From a virus, in IMG/VR virus record IMGVR_UViG_3300043395_000996, positions 1 to 64,000 of that record: a DNA stretch of 64,000 nt; one strand, written 5' to 3'. Position 1 is the stretch's first letter; each line of letters opens with the position of its first letter. The position numbers were made by a program, and so were the translations under genes. This document shows, piece after piece, positions 24,558 through 34,710 of the stretch. The notes beneath the pieces were generated by a model. The model was not told where the DNA came from. It did not search any database and was given only the letters and a program-made list of their open reading frames with translations.

Positions 24558-24910
24558 TTTTTTAGTATTGTTGTTTTTCTTATTTCTTTTTTAGTAACAT
24601 CTTCCAATATCAAATATAAATATTGAGATTGTATTGAATTCGTATAAATGTTTAGTTTATTTTCACCTATTTTACCAACTATCTTCTCTTTGCTTATCAC
24701 CTGATTGGTCGTTTTATCTACCAATTTAAGAATGTATGTACTATCCGATGTTAATTTAAACATCACTTCATCTCCATTTGAAATAGATATTTCCGATTGT
24801 GTGAATATATCCACATTCGGATTTGGCAATGGCGTTGGTACAATATCCTCTTTTGAACACGATATTATAAAAATCACACAACACGATATTATAATTTTAC
24901 TCCACTTCAT
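24554..24910 (-). CDS. Lipoprotein, paralog of 24189..24557
   Basis: Lipobox IISC; LKLVDK...VISKE......GEN.L.IYT..I.S. Confidence 0.62.
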   Translation of the reverse strand: MKWSKIIISCCVIFIISCSKEDIVPTPLPNPNVDIFTQSEISISNGDEVMFKLTSDSTYILKLVDKTTNQVISKEKIVGKIGENKLNIYTNSIQSQYLYLILEDVTKKEIRKTTILKK

Positions 24911-26835
24911 TATATTACCTTTATGTTTAATTTATTTGATTTAGTATCAATTGTTTCAACGTTTATTACTGAAATTAAACCTAATATATTTCCTATCGTT
25001 GTCTTTGGTTTAAATACAATTTTATATTCCATATCCCCAATCGAACCATTTGATGTGTTCAATGAACCCAAACTAATAACTGAACCACCATTCTTCGAAA
25101 AGTTTGTTGATGTGTTATTATTGAATGTTGTTTGTGTATATTCTAAAACTGAATTATCAAAGTGAACATAGAATTGTGTTGCACCTATCTGATTACCATT
25201 TGGGTTTATTTTTATGGTTGCAACAATATTTTCCCCAATTCTTTCCATCATAATATCCGCCTCAACATTTTGTATTGTGGTAACATTCATTGTTCTCACA
25301 CTCATTGTTGTTATACCATTTGATATCGGTGTTGCTGAATGCGATAAATTAACATCACCTTTCCACGTTATCGAAAGATTAAACGTATCAATCGGTTGTC
25401 CGGTGTTTATATCAAAGTTATAAGTATTTCCCACAAAAGATGGGAATGTATTCCAATTAGATTTACCGATGGTGTTATAAGATGTTGTTGGTATTATTTT
25501 TATCAAATTTGGGAATGTGAATGTATCCACAATGTTCTTAACCCCAGTAAGATGTTGTAACATTCGATATGTATCTGATTCGTTAAACACACCATCATCA
25601 TTAACATCTGCGTTCTTATACTGAATACCATATGTAAATTCATTACCCACCTCATTACCGAATATGCCACCATTTTGTAATTCCTTAAATGCCAAATAAA
25701 CGTCCGATACGGTCACAATACTATTATACAATGTGGATAACGTGTTAGTAGTTGTCATCGTTACCGATTGAGGTTTGTATTCTAAATTAGAACCGAATGT
25801 TACATCACATGCAAATGCGTAATCGGTATTCCAGCCATTTACATTTCGTATGTATTGATTAAATGCGGATGTTCCATTAGTTACTTTTGTTAGTGGAGAT
25901 GGGACGGTGTATTGTGCCCAACTGGCATCTTCTGAAAGATATGTTATTGGTCCATCATATACATCCAAAATCTTAACACTTTTTACCGATGATGGTGATA
26001 CTCCATTAAACTTTCTCATATCAATCAATAACCTACTATTACCATTTAACCAATTTGCGTTTGGATTCACATATGACCATTCAACTCCACCACCTGTTAT
26101 TGTTCCTTTATTTCCATTTGATACTTTATTACTATCTAATGAATTTGTAATATCAACTAAACCAGTCGAACTTATTGCAGTTCCACCGACTGAAAATGTA
26201 GTTTTGTTTAAGGTAGAACCAAAATCAAAATTCATTTTTGCTTGTTTTGTTGGTGTTGAATTTATATTCGTTACTTCATTATTCCAATATCCCCATCCAC
26301 CAACGGGTCTATACCACATAAAATAAAATGCTTCACCACCACCAAATTCTTGTCCTCTATAAACCATTCTATATCGTTGGCCTGCAACTAAATTTTTAGG
26401 AACGGTTTGCCAACTACTAGCACCATGTCCACCATAGTAAGAAACTATAATAGTTCCATCCATAGAAAGGTCTGATGCATCATCTGAATTTATACCAAAA
26501 TAATATGTTCCTGTTTGTTGTGGTACAAACCAAAACTCAAACTTATATCCAAAAAAATCACTATTCCATCGAGGAACTTGAGATGAACCATTATACAAAT
26601 TTACTATTTGTGTTTCTCCGGTATGTGTTATAGTTGTATTTGAATTTGCAGTATTAAACATCGCATCAAATCCTGCGGCATTATTTGCAAACGCATTATA
26701 TTGACTTTGGTCTCCTGTTCCATTATGTGTTTTATATGATGTATAATTAACATATCCCCAACCCGTTTGAGCAGAGGATATGTTATATACCAATAATAGT
26801 AATAAAAATATAACTAATTTTTTCATATTACTCAA
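24910..26835 (-). CDS. Secreted PA14 + dockerin-like + cohesin-like protein
   Basis: Signal peptide; PA14 (GTYYFGINSDDASDL, QEFGGGE); ADVNDDGVFNESD EF-hand; C-terminal GATQFYVHFDNSVLEY. Confidence 0.72.
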   Translation of the reverse strand: MSNMKKLVIFLLLLLVYNISSAQTGWGYVNYTSYKTHNGTGDQSQYNAFANNAAGFDAMFNTANSNTTITHTGETQIVNLYNGSSQVPRWNSDFFGYKFEFWFVPQQTGTYYFGINSDDASDLSMDGTIIVSYYGGHGASSWQTVPKNLVAGQRYRMVYRGQEFGGGEAFYFMWYRPVGGWGYWNNEVTNINSTPTKQAKMNFDFGSTLNKTTFSVGGTAISSTGLVDITNSLDSNKVSNGNKGTITGGGVEWSYVNPNANWLNGNSRLLIDMRKFNGVSPSSVKSVKILDVYDGPITYLSEDASWAQYTVPSPLTKVTNGTSAFNQYIRNVNGWNTDYAFACDVTFGSNLEYKPQSVTMTTTNTLSTLYNSIVTVSDVYLAFKELQNGGIFGNEVGNEFTYGIQYKNADVNDDGVFNESDTYRMLQHLTGVKNIVDTFTFPNLIKIIPTTSYNTIGKSNWNTFPSFVGNTYNFDINTGQPIDTFNLSITWKGDVNLSHSATPISNGITTMSVRTMNVTTIQNVEADIMMERIGENIVATIKINPNGNQIGATQFYVHFDNSVLEYTQTTFNNNTSTNFSKNGGSVISLGSLNTSNGSIGDMEYKIVFKPKTTIGNILGLISVINVETIDTKSNKLNIKVI

Positions 26836-28513
26836 CTATTAAATCAATTTTATTACCATTTGCATCAACTGCATCTGCTAATACGAAATAGAATAATCCA
26901 GCCGTATTTGTTAAAGTTGTTTTTGGTGTGAATATTAACTTATACGGAGTTCCTACTTTGATTCTCGCAGTTTTTAATTGGTCAATAGAACCAAATGTTA
27001 ATCTACCATTATTATGAGTAGAAAAGTTTGTGATAGTAGAACCCGAATCAAATATAATATCATCCAAAGTTAATTTAGAATCATCATAATTCATAATTAC
27101 TTCTAAACCTGCTAATTCAGCTTTTGTTAAATTTGTAGTTAATACAACTTTACCATTTTCCAATTTAGATGATACACTCAATGTTGCTTTTTCAAATTCT
27201 TTTGTTGCATATGCACCAACTACTAAATTTGTAGAATTAGATGCAACTTTGATATTCATCATACCAAATGAAGATTTAGTAGAATTGGTAACATTTGTAT
27301 TGTTAGCAATATTTTGTGCAACAATTGCAGGGTCAGTAGAGTGTGACCAGTTTAAATCACCACCCCACGCGAATACTGCGTTTGCAGTTTGAGTATTGGA
27401 TGTAATTATTACTTTATTTGTAGGTGTACCATCTAACCAACTCTGATTTAATAAACCACTTTGCCATCTAATTGAGTTTGCAGTTGCGGATGGTAACATT
27501 GCATTTGAATCAACATTTATACCCATAATATGTGAAAACATATAATATGAATCGGATTCACTAAATGTTGCTTTGTTTTTTGTTATTAAACCAACCTTTT
27601 TTTCTAAATTTGGATAAGTGAAATATGTTGAATTACCATTGATATCGACTTGTGCAATTGCAAGGAATGCTTTATATGCATCCGATACTGTTACGATATT
27701 ATTCATCCAAGTCTTTTGCCAAGCTGGTGCTACGAATACACCAACTGAATCACCAATCTTTAATGTAGTGAATGTTACCTCACCACTTGCATCTAAAGGT
27801 GCTTGTGTGATTGCGGGTTGTGACCAATCAATTTGTCCACTACCATCGGTTTTCAATTTCATTAACTGAACTGTGTGGTCAGTAATTGTTGTGTAGTTTG
27901 ATGGGAACGCAACTTTAACTTTGAATGATGATGAACCACCCTTTACATTACTTAATGATACTGCATCACCTGTTGTTGTGATTGGTGAAATATATGCAGA
28001 TGCCGCATCAATTGAATATGCTAAACTCAATTTATGAATATCGGTATAATCTACATTATCTTTAATGATAAATTTTTGAGTTGCTAAAATACCATTGATT
28101 GTTGCATCGGTTCTTTGTAAACTCAATTGTCCAACGTTCCAATCGGGATTAGATGTATAACCCCACGGAGTTAATCCATATTGTGCGTATAATGATGTTG
28201 CGGGTGCACCTGAATTTGGTGTGAATTTATAGTTAGCCCATTCAGTTGAATAAGTTTGAACTGATGTACCTTGTCCATAAATTGTTGTGTTTTGTAACAA
28301 CAAAAGGGTTTTGTTATTGTAGGTATATCTTAACCAAAAATAACGTGGTGTTGTTGCCGGATTTGTACCCTTATCAATTGTATAAGTTACTGTCAAAGTA
28401 TCTCCAACTTTGTATGGACCGGTAGCGGGTGCAATTGTTCTATTAACCGTCAATTGCCCAAATGATGTAAGAGATACTAATAGTATCCCTAAAAACATAA
28501 TTAATTTCTTCAT
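26828..28513 (-). CDS. Secreted dockerin-like/cohesin-like protein, paralog of 24910
   Basis: Signal peptide; IVTVSDAY.AF and WGGDLNWSHS shared with neighbour; AGLEVIMNYDDSKL cohesin-like C-terminus. Confidence 0.68.
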   Translation of the reverse strand: MKKLIMFLGILLVSLTSFGQLTVNRTIAPATGPYKVGDTLTVTYTIDKGTNPATTPRYFWLRYTYNNKTLLLLQNTTIYGQGTSVQTYSTEWANYKFTPNSGAPATSLYAQYGLTPWGYTSNPDWNVGQLSLQRTDATINGILATQKFIIKDNVDYTDIHKLSLAYSIDAASAYISPITTTGDAVSLSNVKGGSSSFKVKVAFPSNYTTITDHTVQLMKLKTDGSGQIDWSQPAITQAPLDASGEVTFTTLKIGDSVGVFVAPAWQKTWMNNIVTVSDAYKAFLAIAQVDINGNSTYFTYPNLEKKVGLITKNKATFSESDSYYMFSHIMGINVDSNAMLPSATANSIRWQSGLLNQSWLDGTPTNKVIITSNTQTANAVFAWGGDLNWSHSTDPAIVAQNIANNTNVTNSTKSSFGMMNIKVASNSTNLVVGAYATKEFEKATLSVSSKLENGKVVLTTNLTKAELAGLEVIMNYDDSKLTLDDIIFDSGSTITNFSTHNNGRLTFGSIDQLKTARIKVGTPYKLIFTPKTTLTNTAGLFYFVLADAVDANGNKIDLIVE

Positions 28514-28514
28514 T

Positions 28515-29171
28515 TTATTTCTCTAATAGTTTGGTTATAAGTTTTTCCGATGCTTTCTTTAATGCGTTACTTAAAGATGTTTGGTTGAACTTACCACCTT
28601 GGTCTACTATTAGAGTTGACATAGAGATTTCGGATGATGATTCTTCAACCATAACCTCTTTAGTCTTTTTGCCATCTTTATAAAGGATACCCTTCAATCT
28701 GATAACAACTTCTTCTTCGTTTGAATGGAATACTGATATGTTTTTCTTTGTAGTTAATACATCTAAAAATACGATTTGCACTTGCAACTTTTGAGTTGCT
28801 GATGGAGATAAATCTAATCCTTTTTCTTGCAAATATTCTTCTAAAATGTTTTTAACACCAAATTCTAAATTTCTATTTCCTGCTAAACTTCCTATTTTAA
28901 CATTATTTGTTACACTTTCAACCCAAATATGGTCTTCGGCGTTGTACATAATATTGCCAGGATGGTTTTTATATGTACCATCAAATTTTAATTCAAAAGC
29001 ATCTACTGCTTTTTTAATTAAATCCTCTTTGCCAGAGAAATGTAATATTACAAATGTGATTTGTGTAAGTAATGCTAAACTTACAAACGATACAGCTAAA
29101 AATAAAAACCCCTTTAATAAGGTTTCTTTTATTTTTTCTATAACTGGTACGGAAACTGAATTAGATAACAT
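28515..29171 (-). CDS. Membrane-anchored protein with CsgG/penicillin-binding-activator-like alpha/beta domain
   Basis: N-terminal TM; GNRNLEFGVKNILEE.L, FNQ..LSNALKKA (compare FNQSTISIATKKA in 22155). Confidence 0.55.
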   Translation of the reverse strand: MLSNSVSVPVIEKIKETLLKGFLFLAVSFVSLALLTQITFVILHFSGKEDLIKKAVDAFELKFDGTYKNHPGNIMYNAEDHIWVESVTNNVKIGSLAGNRNLEFGVKNILEEYLQEKGLDLSPSATQKLQVQIVFLDVLTTKKNISVFHSNEEEVVIRLKGILYKDGKKTKEVMVEESSSEISMSTLIVDQGGKFNQTSLSNALKKASEKLITKLLEK

Positions 29172-29240
29172 CGGTTATTGATTTACATTTACAACAATAT
29201 ATAACCGATTCATTTACCTATATAAGTATAGGTTTTTTAT

Positions 29241-29615
29241 CTAATCAATCAAATCTTCTGGCGAATTTCTATAAACTCTATAACTATCATCATCAAAATG
29301 TTGAGTAGATACTTCGAATATGGTTGAATCCGGCTCTAATGCAATTAACTGATGTGGTTTACCTCTATCTATATAAACACATTCTCCTACATTGAGAATT
29401 TCTTTATGAAGAGTTGCGTTATCTGTATCAATCCAATGAAATTCAAATGCTCCTTTCTGAACATACCACGTTTCATTTTTAATCATATGATAATGCATTG
29501 AAAATCTGCTACCTTCGTTTGGAAATACTAATAATTTTCCACAATATTGGGAATCATTATGAATCCATAATTCGTATCCCCATGTCTTATTTATTTTTAT
29601 AGGTTTAAATGCCAT
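29241..29615 (-). CDS. Cupin (mannose-6-phosphate isomerase type II C-terminal-like)
   Basis: KTWGYELWI, SMHYH..KNETWYV..G, PHQL, EVST. Confidence 0.82.
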   Translation of the reverse strand: MAFKPIKINKTWGYELWIHNDSQYCGKLLVFPNEGSRFSMHYHMIKNETWYVQKGAFEFHWIDTDNATLHKEILNVGECVYIDRGKPHQLIALEPDSTIFEVSTQHFDDDSYRVYRNSPEDLID

Positions 29616-29617
29616 AT

Positions 29618-30730
29618 CTAATTACTTAAAGGTGCTTTAATTGTTGAATGCGATTGATAATTTAATATCATAAAATCATCAGGTTGTATGTAATCAATTT
29701 GTGGTAAAAACGTTTGGTCCGGGTTCCAAAATTCATCATTAATTAATAATTTTGGTAATTTAAATGGCTCTCTACTGATTTGTTCTTTTGCTTGCTGTAT
29801 GTGATTAGAATACAAATGAACATCTCCTAAATTTCCAATCAGTTCATCTGCATACATTCCAACTTCATTTGCTATAATCTCTAATAACAATCCATAAGAA
29901 GCAATGTTGAAAGGTAATCCCAAAAATGTATCTACACTTCGTTGATTCCACATTAAAGAGATTGCTCTCTTTGGTGTTGATTCATAATATTTGTCATCAA
30001 AATCAGGTATTAATTCATCGTTGAATTCCATACCCGTTTCATAATTTTTATTGAACCAAATTCTATATCGTTCTTTATTACTTAACTCTCTTGTATAAAG
30101 TTGAAATCCATAATGACAAGGTGGTAAAACCATATATTCCAATTCACCCACATTCCAAGCCGATACCATCAATCTTCTACTATCGGGATTCGTTTTGAGT
30201 TCATCGATTAAATTTTTGATTTGGTCTATTTTCTCACCAACTTTTAACCAATTTCTCCATTGTGCTCCATATATTGGCCCCAATTCACCCCATCTTTGGA
30301 CAAACTCATCATCGGTTTTGATATTATGAATGAATTCTTCCTTTGTTAGTGGTATTAATTTATCAGAGTCACTATACCATTTTTCCATATGCGGTTGCAT
30401 ACCCATAATATCACCTGATTTGTAACCATCGATAACATTTTCGATTTGTTTAGAATAGTTTTTATATACATCACCATCCCAAATATGGCAATCGTAATCC
30501 AATAAGAATTTGATATTTGTATATCCTCTTAAAAACCATAGGAGTTCGGTTACAATAGATTTCCAATGCATTTTCTTTGTAGTAAGTAAAGGGAAACCTT
30601 CATTCATCTTATGACGGATTTGTCTACCGAATACAGATATGGTGCCAGTTCCGGTTCTATCACCTTTACTGATACCATTATCTAAAATATCTTTTAATAA
30701 ATTTTGGTATGATTTATCTAAACTATTCAT
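29618..30730 (-). CDS. thyA: Thymidylate synthase
   Basis: RTGTGT, FPLLTTKK, ELLWFLRG, LPPCH, NQRSVDTFLGLPFNIASY, GDVHLYSNH. Confidence 0.97.
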   Translation of the reverse strand: MNSLDKSYQNLLKDILDNGISKGDRTGTGTISVFGRQIRHKMNEGFPLLTTKKMHWKSIVTELLWFLRGYTNIKFLLDYDCHIWDGDVYKNYSKQIENVIDGYKSGDIMGMQPHMEKWYSDSDKLIPLTKEEFIHNIKTDDEFVQRWGELGPIYGAQWRNWLKVGEKIDQIKNLIDELKTNPDSRRLMVSAWNVGELEYMVLPPCHYGFQLYTRELSNKERYRIWFNKNYETGMEFNDELIPDFDDKYYESTPKRAISLMWNQRSVDTFLGLPFNIASYGLLLEIIANEVGMYADELIGNLGDVHLYSNHIQQAKEQISREPFKLPKLLINDEFWNPDQTFLPQIDYIQPDDFMILNYQSHSTIKAPLSN

Positions 30731-30923
30731 TTCTACTTTTAATCAATAAATTATGAACAGGTGTCCATAAACAATATAAACCAACTGCTTCTAAAAAATT
30801 AAGCTTTGGTAAAACATTAAATAATTGTGTTAAATATGATATTGCCAATCCGATTGTGATTGTAACGAGTGTAATATGTAATACCATTTTTACACGCAAC
30901 TGATTTTCATCTTGCTCTTCCAT
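30723..30923 (-). CDS. Small two-TM membrane protein
   Basis: Start re-called downstream of the promoter at 30945-30976. Confidence 0.62.
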   Translation of the reverse strand: MEEQDENQLRVKMVLHITLVTITIGLAISYLTQLFNVLPKLNFLEAVGLYCLWTPVHNLLIKSRNE

Positions 30924-30944
30924 TTTTTTATAAATTTGTTTTAA

Positions 30945-30976
30945 CAAATATAGGAAAAATTTGTTACAAATCCAAA
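30945..30976 (-). promoter_or_regulatory. Bacteroidota-type promoter
   Basis: TTTG-N20-TATATTTG. Confidence 0.75.
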
Positions 30977-31759
30977 TTATATTAAATGTTTTTTTATGTG
31001 ATTGTGAATTATTTCGTAAATTATAGTAAATGCTTTATCACTCAAATGACCACCCAAATCGATTAAATATGGGTTAGTGTTTAACAATCTCGAAATATTA
31101 TCTATATTATTATTTTTATTAGTTAAAGCAATTTCTCTATCTTTTAAAAATTGAGTTCCACCTAAATTTACAAAATATTCAACAAATGAAAATTTCATTT
31201 TATCTAAAATACTATCCGAATCATTTATTGATAAATAATTGTTAGGATTAATATGTTTTATCCAATTATATCTAGCCTCTAAAACGTTTGAATCCAATTT
31301 ACCCATATTTAAAAATAAATGTGGTATATTTTTATTATTTAATAAATTATGTAAAGATATCGTATATAAAATCGTATCATCAGTCCCTTTTGGTTCAAAT
31401 TTTAATAAATCATATGGCATTGTATCGCCATGGCCTGGTATACAATTTTTATAAAAATATGGAAGTTTTTGTAAATTAGTATCACTATCTTTTTTTAATT
31501 TATCATAATCTAATTCATCGGATAATTCAATTATATAAAATCTTTCGGGATGAGACCAACATATTATTACAAATTCAAAATGATTATTTATAATATCTAT
31601 TAATGTTTTTTTAAAAATGAGTTCATTACTACTTCCTCCTAAAGATGCTATATGTGATATTGGTATATCTTCAAAAATTTCACTACACAAAGATGGCGAT
31701 TTAACAATTCCATTCGAATCCATAAAAGAACAACTATTTAAATATAGTCTTTTTTTCAT
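30977..31759 (-). CDS. SGNH-like protein
   Basis: LNSCSFMD, ASLGGSSN, WSHPER, GGHLS. Confidence 0.6.
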   Translation of the reverse strand: MKKRLYLNSCSFMDSNGIVKSPSLCSEIFEDIPISHIASLGGSSNELIFKKTLIDIINNHFEFVIICWSHPERFYIIELSDELDYDKLKKDSDTNLQKLPYFYKNCIPGHGDTMPYDLLKFEPKGTDDTILYTISLHNLLNNKNIPHLFLNMGKLDSNVLEARYNWIKHINPNNYLSINDSDSILDKMKFSFVEYFVNLGGTQFLKDREIALTNKNNNIDNISRLLNTNPYLIDLGGHLSDKAFTIIYEIIHNHIKKHLI

Positions 31760-32322
31760 ATTAATGTATTTTTTATATCTTTATATATAATATGATTACC
31801 ATCATCATTTAAATGATTAATATTTCCTCTGTTATTTAAAAATATATTTTCATATTTTTTTACTCTATCATCATAAAATGAATCAAAAAATGTAATATGT
31901 TTTGCGTTTGGAATGAGTTCATATATTTTATTAAAAATCAAATCATTTACAAATATGAAATAATCTGCATGAAATATTTCAGAATAAAAATCATATGCAA
32001 TTTTCATTATTGGATTATTCAAATGTTCTTTTACATCTGAAAATATAATATCACAATTATTATGTAATAAATCACCCTTATGGATTGGATGTTCTTCTAT
32101 TGGAATTCGATATGCGGATGTGTGTGATACTATAATTTTATCAAATTGAGTTAAATCAATTGATTTGAGTTGTAAATATATTTTATATTCACTTACTCCC
32201 GCTTGAGCTATATTAATAACATCATATTCATTGGATAACATATTTACCCAACCAATTCCGTTATATTTTTTAGTCCAATCTGCCGCAAAACTATCACCAG
32301 CTATTAGTATCTTCTTTTTCAT
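31756..32322 (-). CDS. SGNH-like protein
   Basis: AGDSFA, N.AQAGVSE, INHLN. Confidence 0.65.
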   Translation of the reverse strand: MKKKILIAGDSFAADWTKKYNGIGWVNMLSNEYDVINIAQAGVSEYKIYLQLKSIDLTQFDKIIVSHTSAYRIPIEEHPIHKGDLLHNNCDIIFSDVKEHLNNPIMKIAYDFYSEIFHADYFIFVNDLIFNKIYELIPNAKHITFFDSFYDDRVKKYENIFLNNRGNINHLNDDGNHIIYKDIKNTLI

Positions 32323-33076
32323 TTATATAACTTATTATTTTATCAGCTATTAACTTCTGACCTTTCATTCCCATATGAATATCATTTTTAAAATATTCCG
32401 AAAATGGGTGTTCATCTGATACTGTTAATTTATTTTCTTCCACCCATTTATGAACAATGAAGTTAAATTTATTCTCATTGGTTGGAAATTTTATCATATA
32501 TTTTGTCATCCAATTATATTTAGGATGTGCAAAATTAATATGATTACCATCGTGCCAAAATAAAATTATTATTTTTTTATCTGATAAATTTGATATCTTT
32601 TCTTTTAAAAGATTCAATACTTCATCTATGAATTCATTTGGATTATATTCTATAAGCCAATTTAAAATTCTTTGTTTTAATTCAGGTCTATCATTTTTAC
32701 CATTCGTTAGAAATGATTCAATTTCGTGTGGCGTTTTTGGATAATCTTCATTATGAAAATATCTATCAAAATAATTATATATACCAGAAAATTCAAAAAA
32801 TATATAATCTATATTACTTAAATCTGTATGTTCCAATTTATATAAAGATTCAGCAGGAGAACCACCTGCTTCAGAAACATTTATTTCATCACAATTTAAA
32901 TAATTTGATATTAATTTAGTCCATCTATTTGACTTTATATATTCCCAATCGTCTGCACTTTGGTTATATGGCCATTGAAGAGTTTTGGCAGTTTTTTCAG
33001 ACATATAATAATCTCTGAATGTATGCAATCCAACTCCAAATGTATTTGATGAACCTAAAAATATAACCGATTTCAT
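32294..33076 (-). CDS. SGNH-like protein
   Basis: LGSSNTFG, NVSEAGGS, DIHMG. Confidence 0.6.
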   Translation of the reverse strand: MKSVIFLGSSNTFGVGLHTFRDYYMSEKTAKTLQWPYNQSADDWEYIKSNRWTKLISNYLNCDEINVSEAGGSPAESLYKLEHTDLSNIDYIFFEFSGIYNYFDRYFHNEDYPKTPHEIESFLTNGKNDRPELKQRILNWLIEYNPNEFIDEVLNLLKEKISNLSDKKIIILFWHDGNHINFAHPKYNWMTKYMIKFPTNENKFNFIVHKWVEENKLTVSDEHPFSEYFKNDIHMGMKGQKLIADKIISYINEKEDTNSW

Positions 33077-33082
33077 AAAATA

Positions 33083-33925
33083 TTATGCTAATAAATGATA
33101 ATATTCTTTAAAGTGTTTGATTCTATCTGGCAATCCAATCGTACCACCATTTACTCGTTTAGTAATAGATGTTACCACCGAATCAGTTGCTCCACCATCT
33201 GCTAATTTGTTCAATCCGTTTTTAGACCAAAACCATGCTGCAGATGCTAAAGCATATTTAGTACTTACTGAATCGGGATTATTTACGATATCTTCTCCAA
33301 TCGCTTTACCAAATTGAGTATAATTATCTCTACCTGTCAATTGGATATATCCTCTACCTCTGAATTTGTAGCCATCACCACTTGCTTCCGAACCATTAGC
33401 CATACGATTTGCATAAACTTTGTTTGCAATCTTTTGTGGTTGTCTTGCATATTGATTAGCAATTGCTTCAGATGGGAAATACTTTTTGAAGATACCCATC
33501 AAACCTTTCGCCGAATAGTTTAAGTTTTCTTGTGTTACTCTGAATCCACCACTCTCATGTCCACATTGTGCTAAAAAGTGTGCAACTCTTAATGGTGTGT
33601 TAATACCAAATTTAGAAGCAACTTCTGGAATAGAATCGATTACTACCTGTGGTACATGTCCTTTTAATTTATCTAATTTTAATCCTGCAACTTGTGGCGC
33701 CGGAGCTGATACAACTGGTTGTGGGGTTGGAGCTGCTATACTCTCTCCCATAATTTTTGCCCAAGTTGCTGGTCCTACGATACCATCTGCCGATAAACCA
33801 TTCTTTGATTGCCAAGCTTTTACTGCTTCTTCGGTTTTTGGTCCGAAGTTACCCATTGGTTCTAAACCTAACTTAGCTTGTAATTTTTTAACATCTTCGT
33901 TATTGTCACCTCTTTTTAACAACAT
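33083..33925 (-). CDS. Endolysin: peptidoglycan-binding domain + glycoside hydrolase family 19
   Basis: LLKRG..EDVK.LQ.KL, ADGIVGPATW; AHFLAQCGHESG, FRGRGYIQLTG, TKRVNGG..G..DR. Confidence 0.92.
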   Translation of the reverse strand: MLLKRGDNNEDVKKLQAKLGLEPMGNFGPKTEEAVKAWQSKNGLSADGIVGPATWAKIMGESIAAPTPQPVVSAPAPQVAGLKLDKLKGHVPQVVIDSIPEVASKFGINTPLRVAHFLAQCGHESGGFRVTQENLNYSAKGLMGIFKKYFPSEAIANQYARQPQKIANKVYANRMANGSEASGDGYKFRGRGYIQLTGRDNYTQFGKAIGEDIVNNPDSVSTKYALASAAWFWSKNGLNKLADGGATDSVVTSITKRVNGGTIGLPDRIKHFKEYYHLLA

Positions 33926-33936
33926 AATCTAATTGG

Positions 33937-34707
33937 TTAATATTTTTGAACAACTTTATAATCAAGTATAGATATTGGTTTCATTATAATTTCGTTCCAA
34001 AGCGCAGTTTTATTTTGTTTGCACTCTTCCCAATTTCTACATAAATTGTTTTCGTTGTCTGGGTAAGAAAATCTGAATAGATTTGCTGCTCTGTTCCCTT
34101 TATCAGTTGCGAATGATTTTACATCCGATTGAAATGCCGCAACTAACTTACCTTTTAATTTAACCAATACGTTACTTTCTGGTCTGAAGAATTCTTTTTG
34201 TTGAACAGTGAATGTTGATATTGCGTATGTGTAACCCGATTGTAAACTATCTACTAAATTTTTCATTCCTTCTTTTGAAGTCCAATGAAACGTTTCAACT
34301 TCTACATCATCGCTACCATATGTATCCGATGTAAATTGTTTGTCTAATAAAATATATGGTTCTATTGCACCTCTACTGAAAAAGAATGCAATCTTATCAT
34401 TTTCAATATTAACTATATAATCTTTAAATTCGTCTGTCAATGCCCAAGCTCTATGATTAACAAAATCTTCTATAAAATCCAATACATTCTTTTTTGTTAA
34501 TTCATCATATAATTCAGTCTCAATATATAATTGATAGCCAAAATATTTATTTATTAACCCAACTAATTCTGCATTATCATCTATTTTTCCACCTCTAACA
34601 TCAAATCCCTTTTGCTCTAAAGAAATGAATTCTTTGGCAATAGCTTCCCATTCACTTATAGTGTGAAATGTTGATTCCGGTTTTTGATATCCTCTAACTG
34701 GGTACAT
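33937..34707 (-). CDS. Hypothetical protein (possible ADP-ribosyltransferase-like fold)
   Basis: FHWTS.EG...L...ISTF pattern; weak. Confidence 0.45.
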   Translation of the reverse strand: MYPVRGYQKPESTFHTISEWEAIAKEFISLEQKGFDVRGGKIDDNAELVGLINKYFGYQLYIETELYDELTKKNVLDFIEDFVNHRAWALTDEFKDYIVNIENDKIAFFFSRGAIEPYILLDKQFTSDTYGSDDVEVETFHWTSKEGMKNLVDSLQSGYTYAISTFTVQQKEFFRPESNVLVKLKGKLVAAFQSDVKSFATDKGNRAANLFRFSYPDNENNLCRNWEECKQNKTALWNEIIMKPISILDYKVVQKY

Positions 34708-34710
34708 ATT

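Noticed and set aside
29618-30730. Intron or intein in thyA (the protein is longer than E. coli ThyA)
   Set aside because: The frame is continuous. The extra segments are short loop insertions with no intein splice residues or endonuclease motifs.
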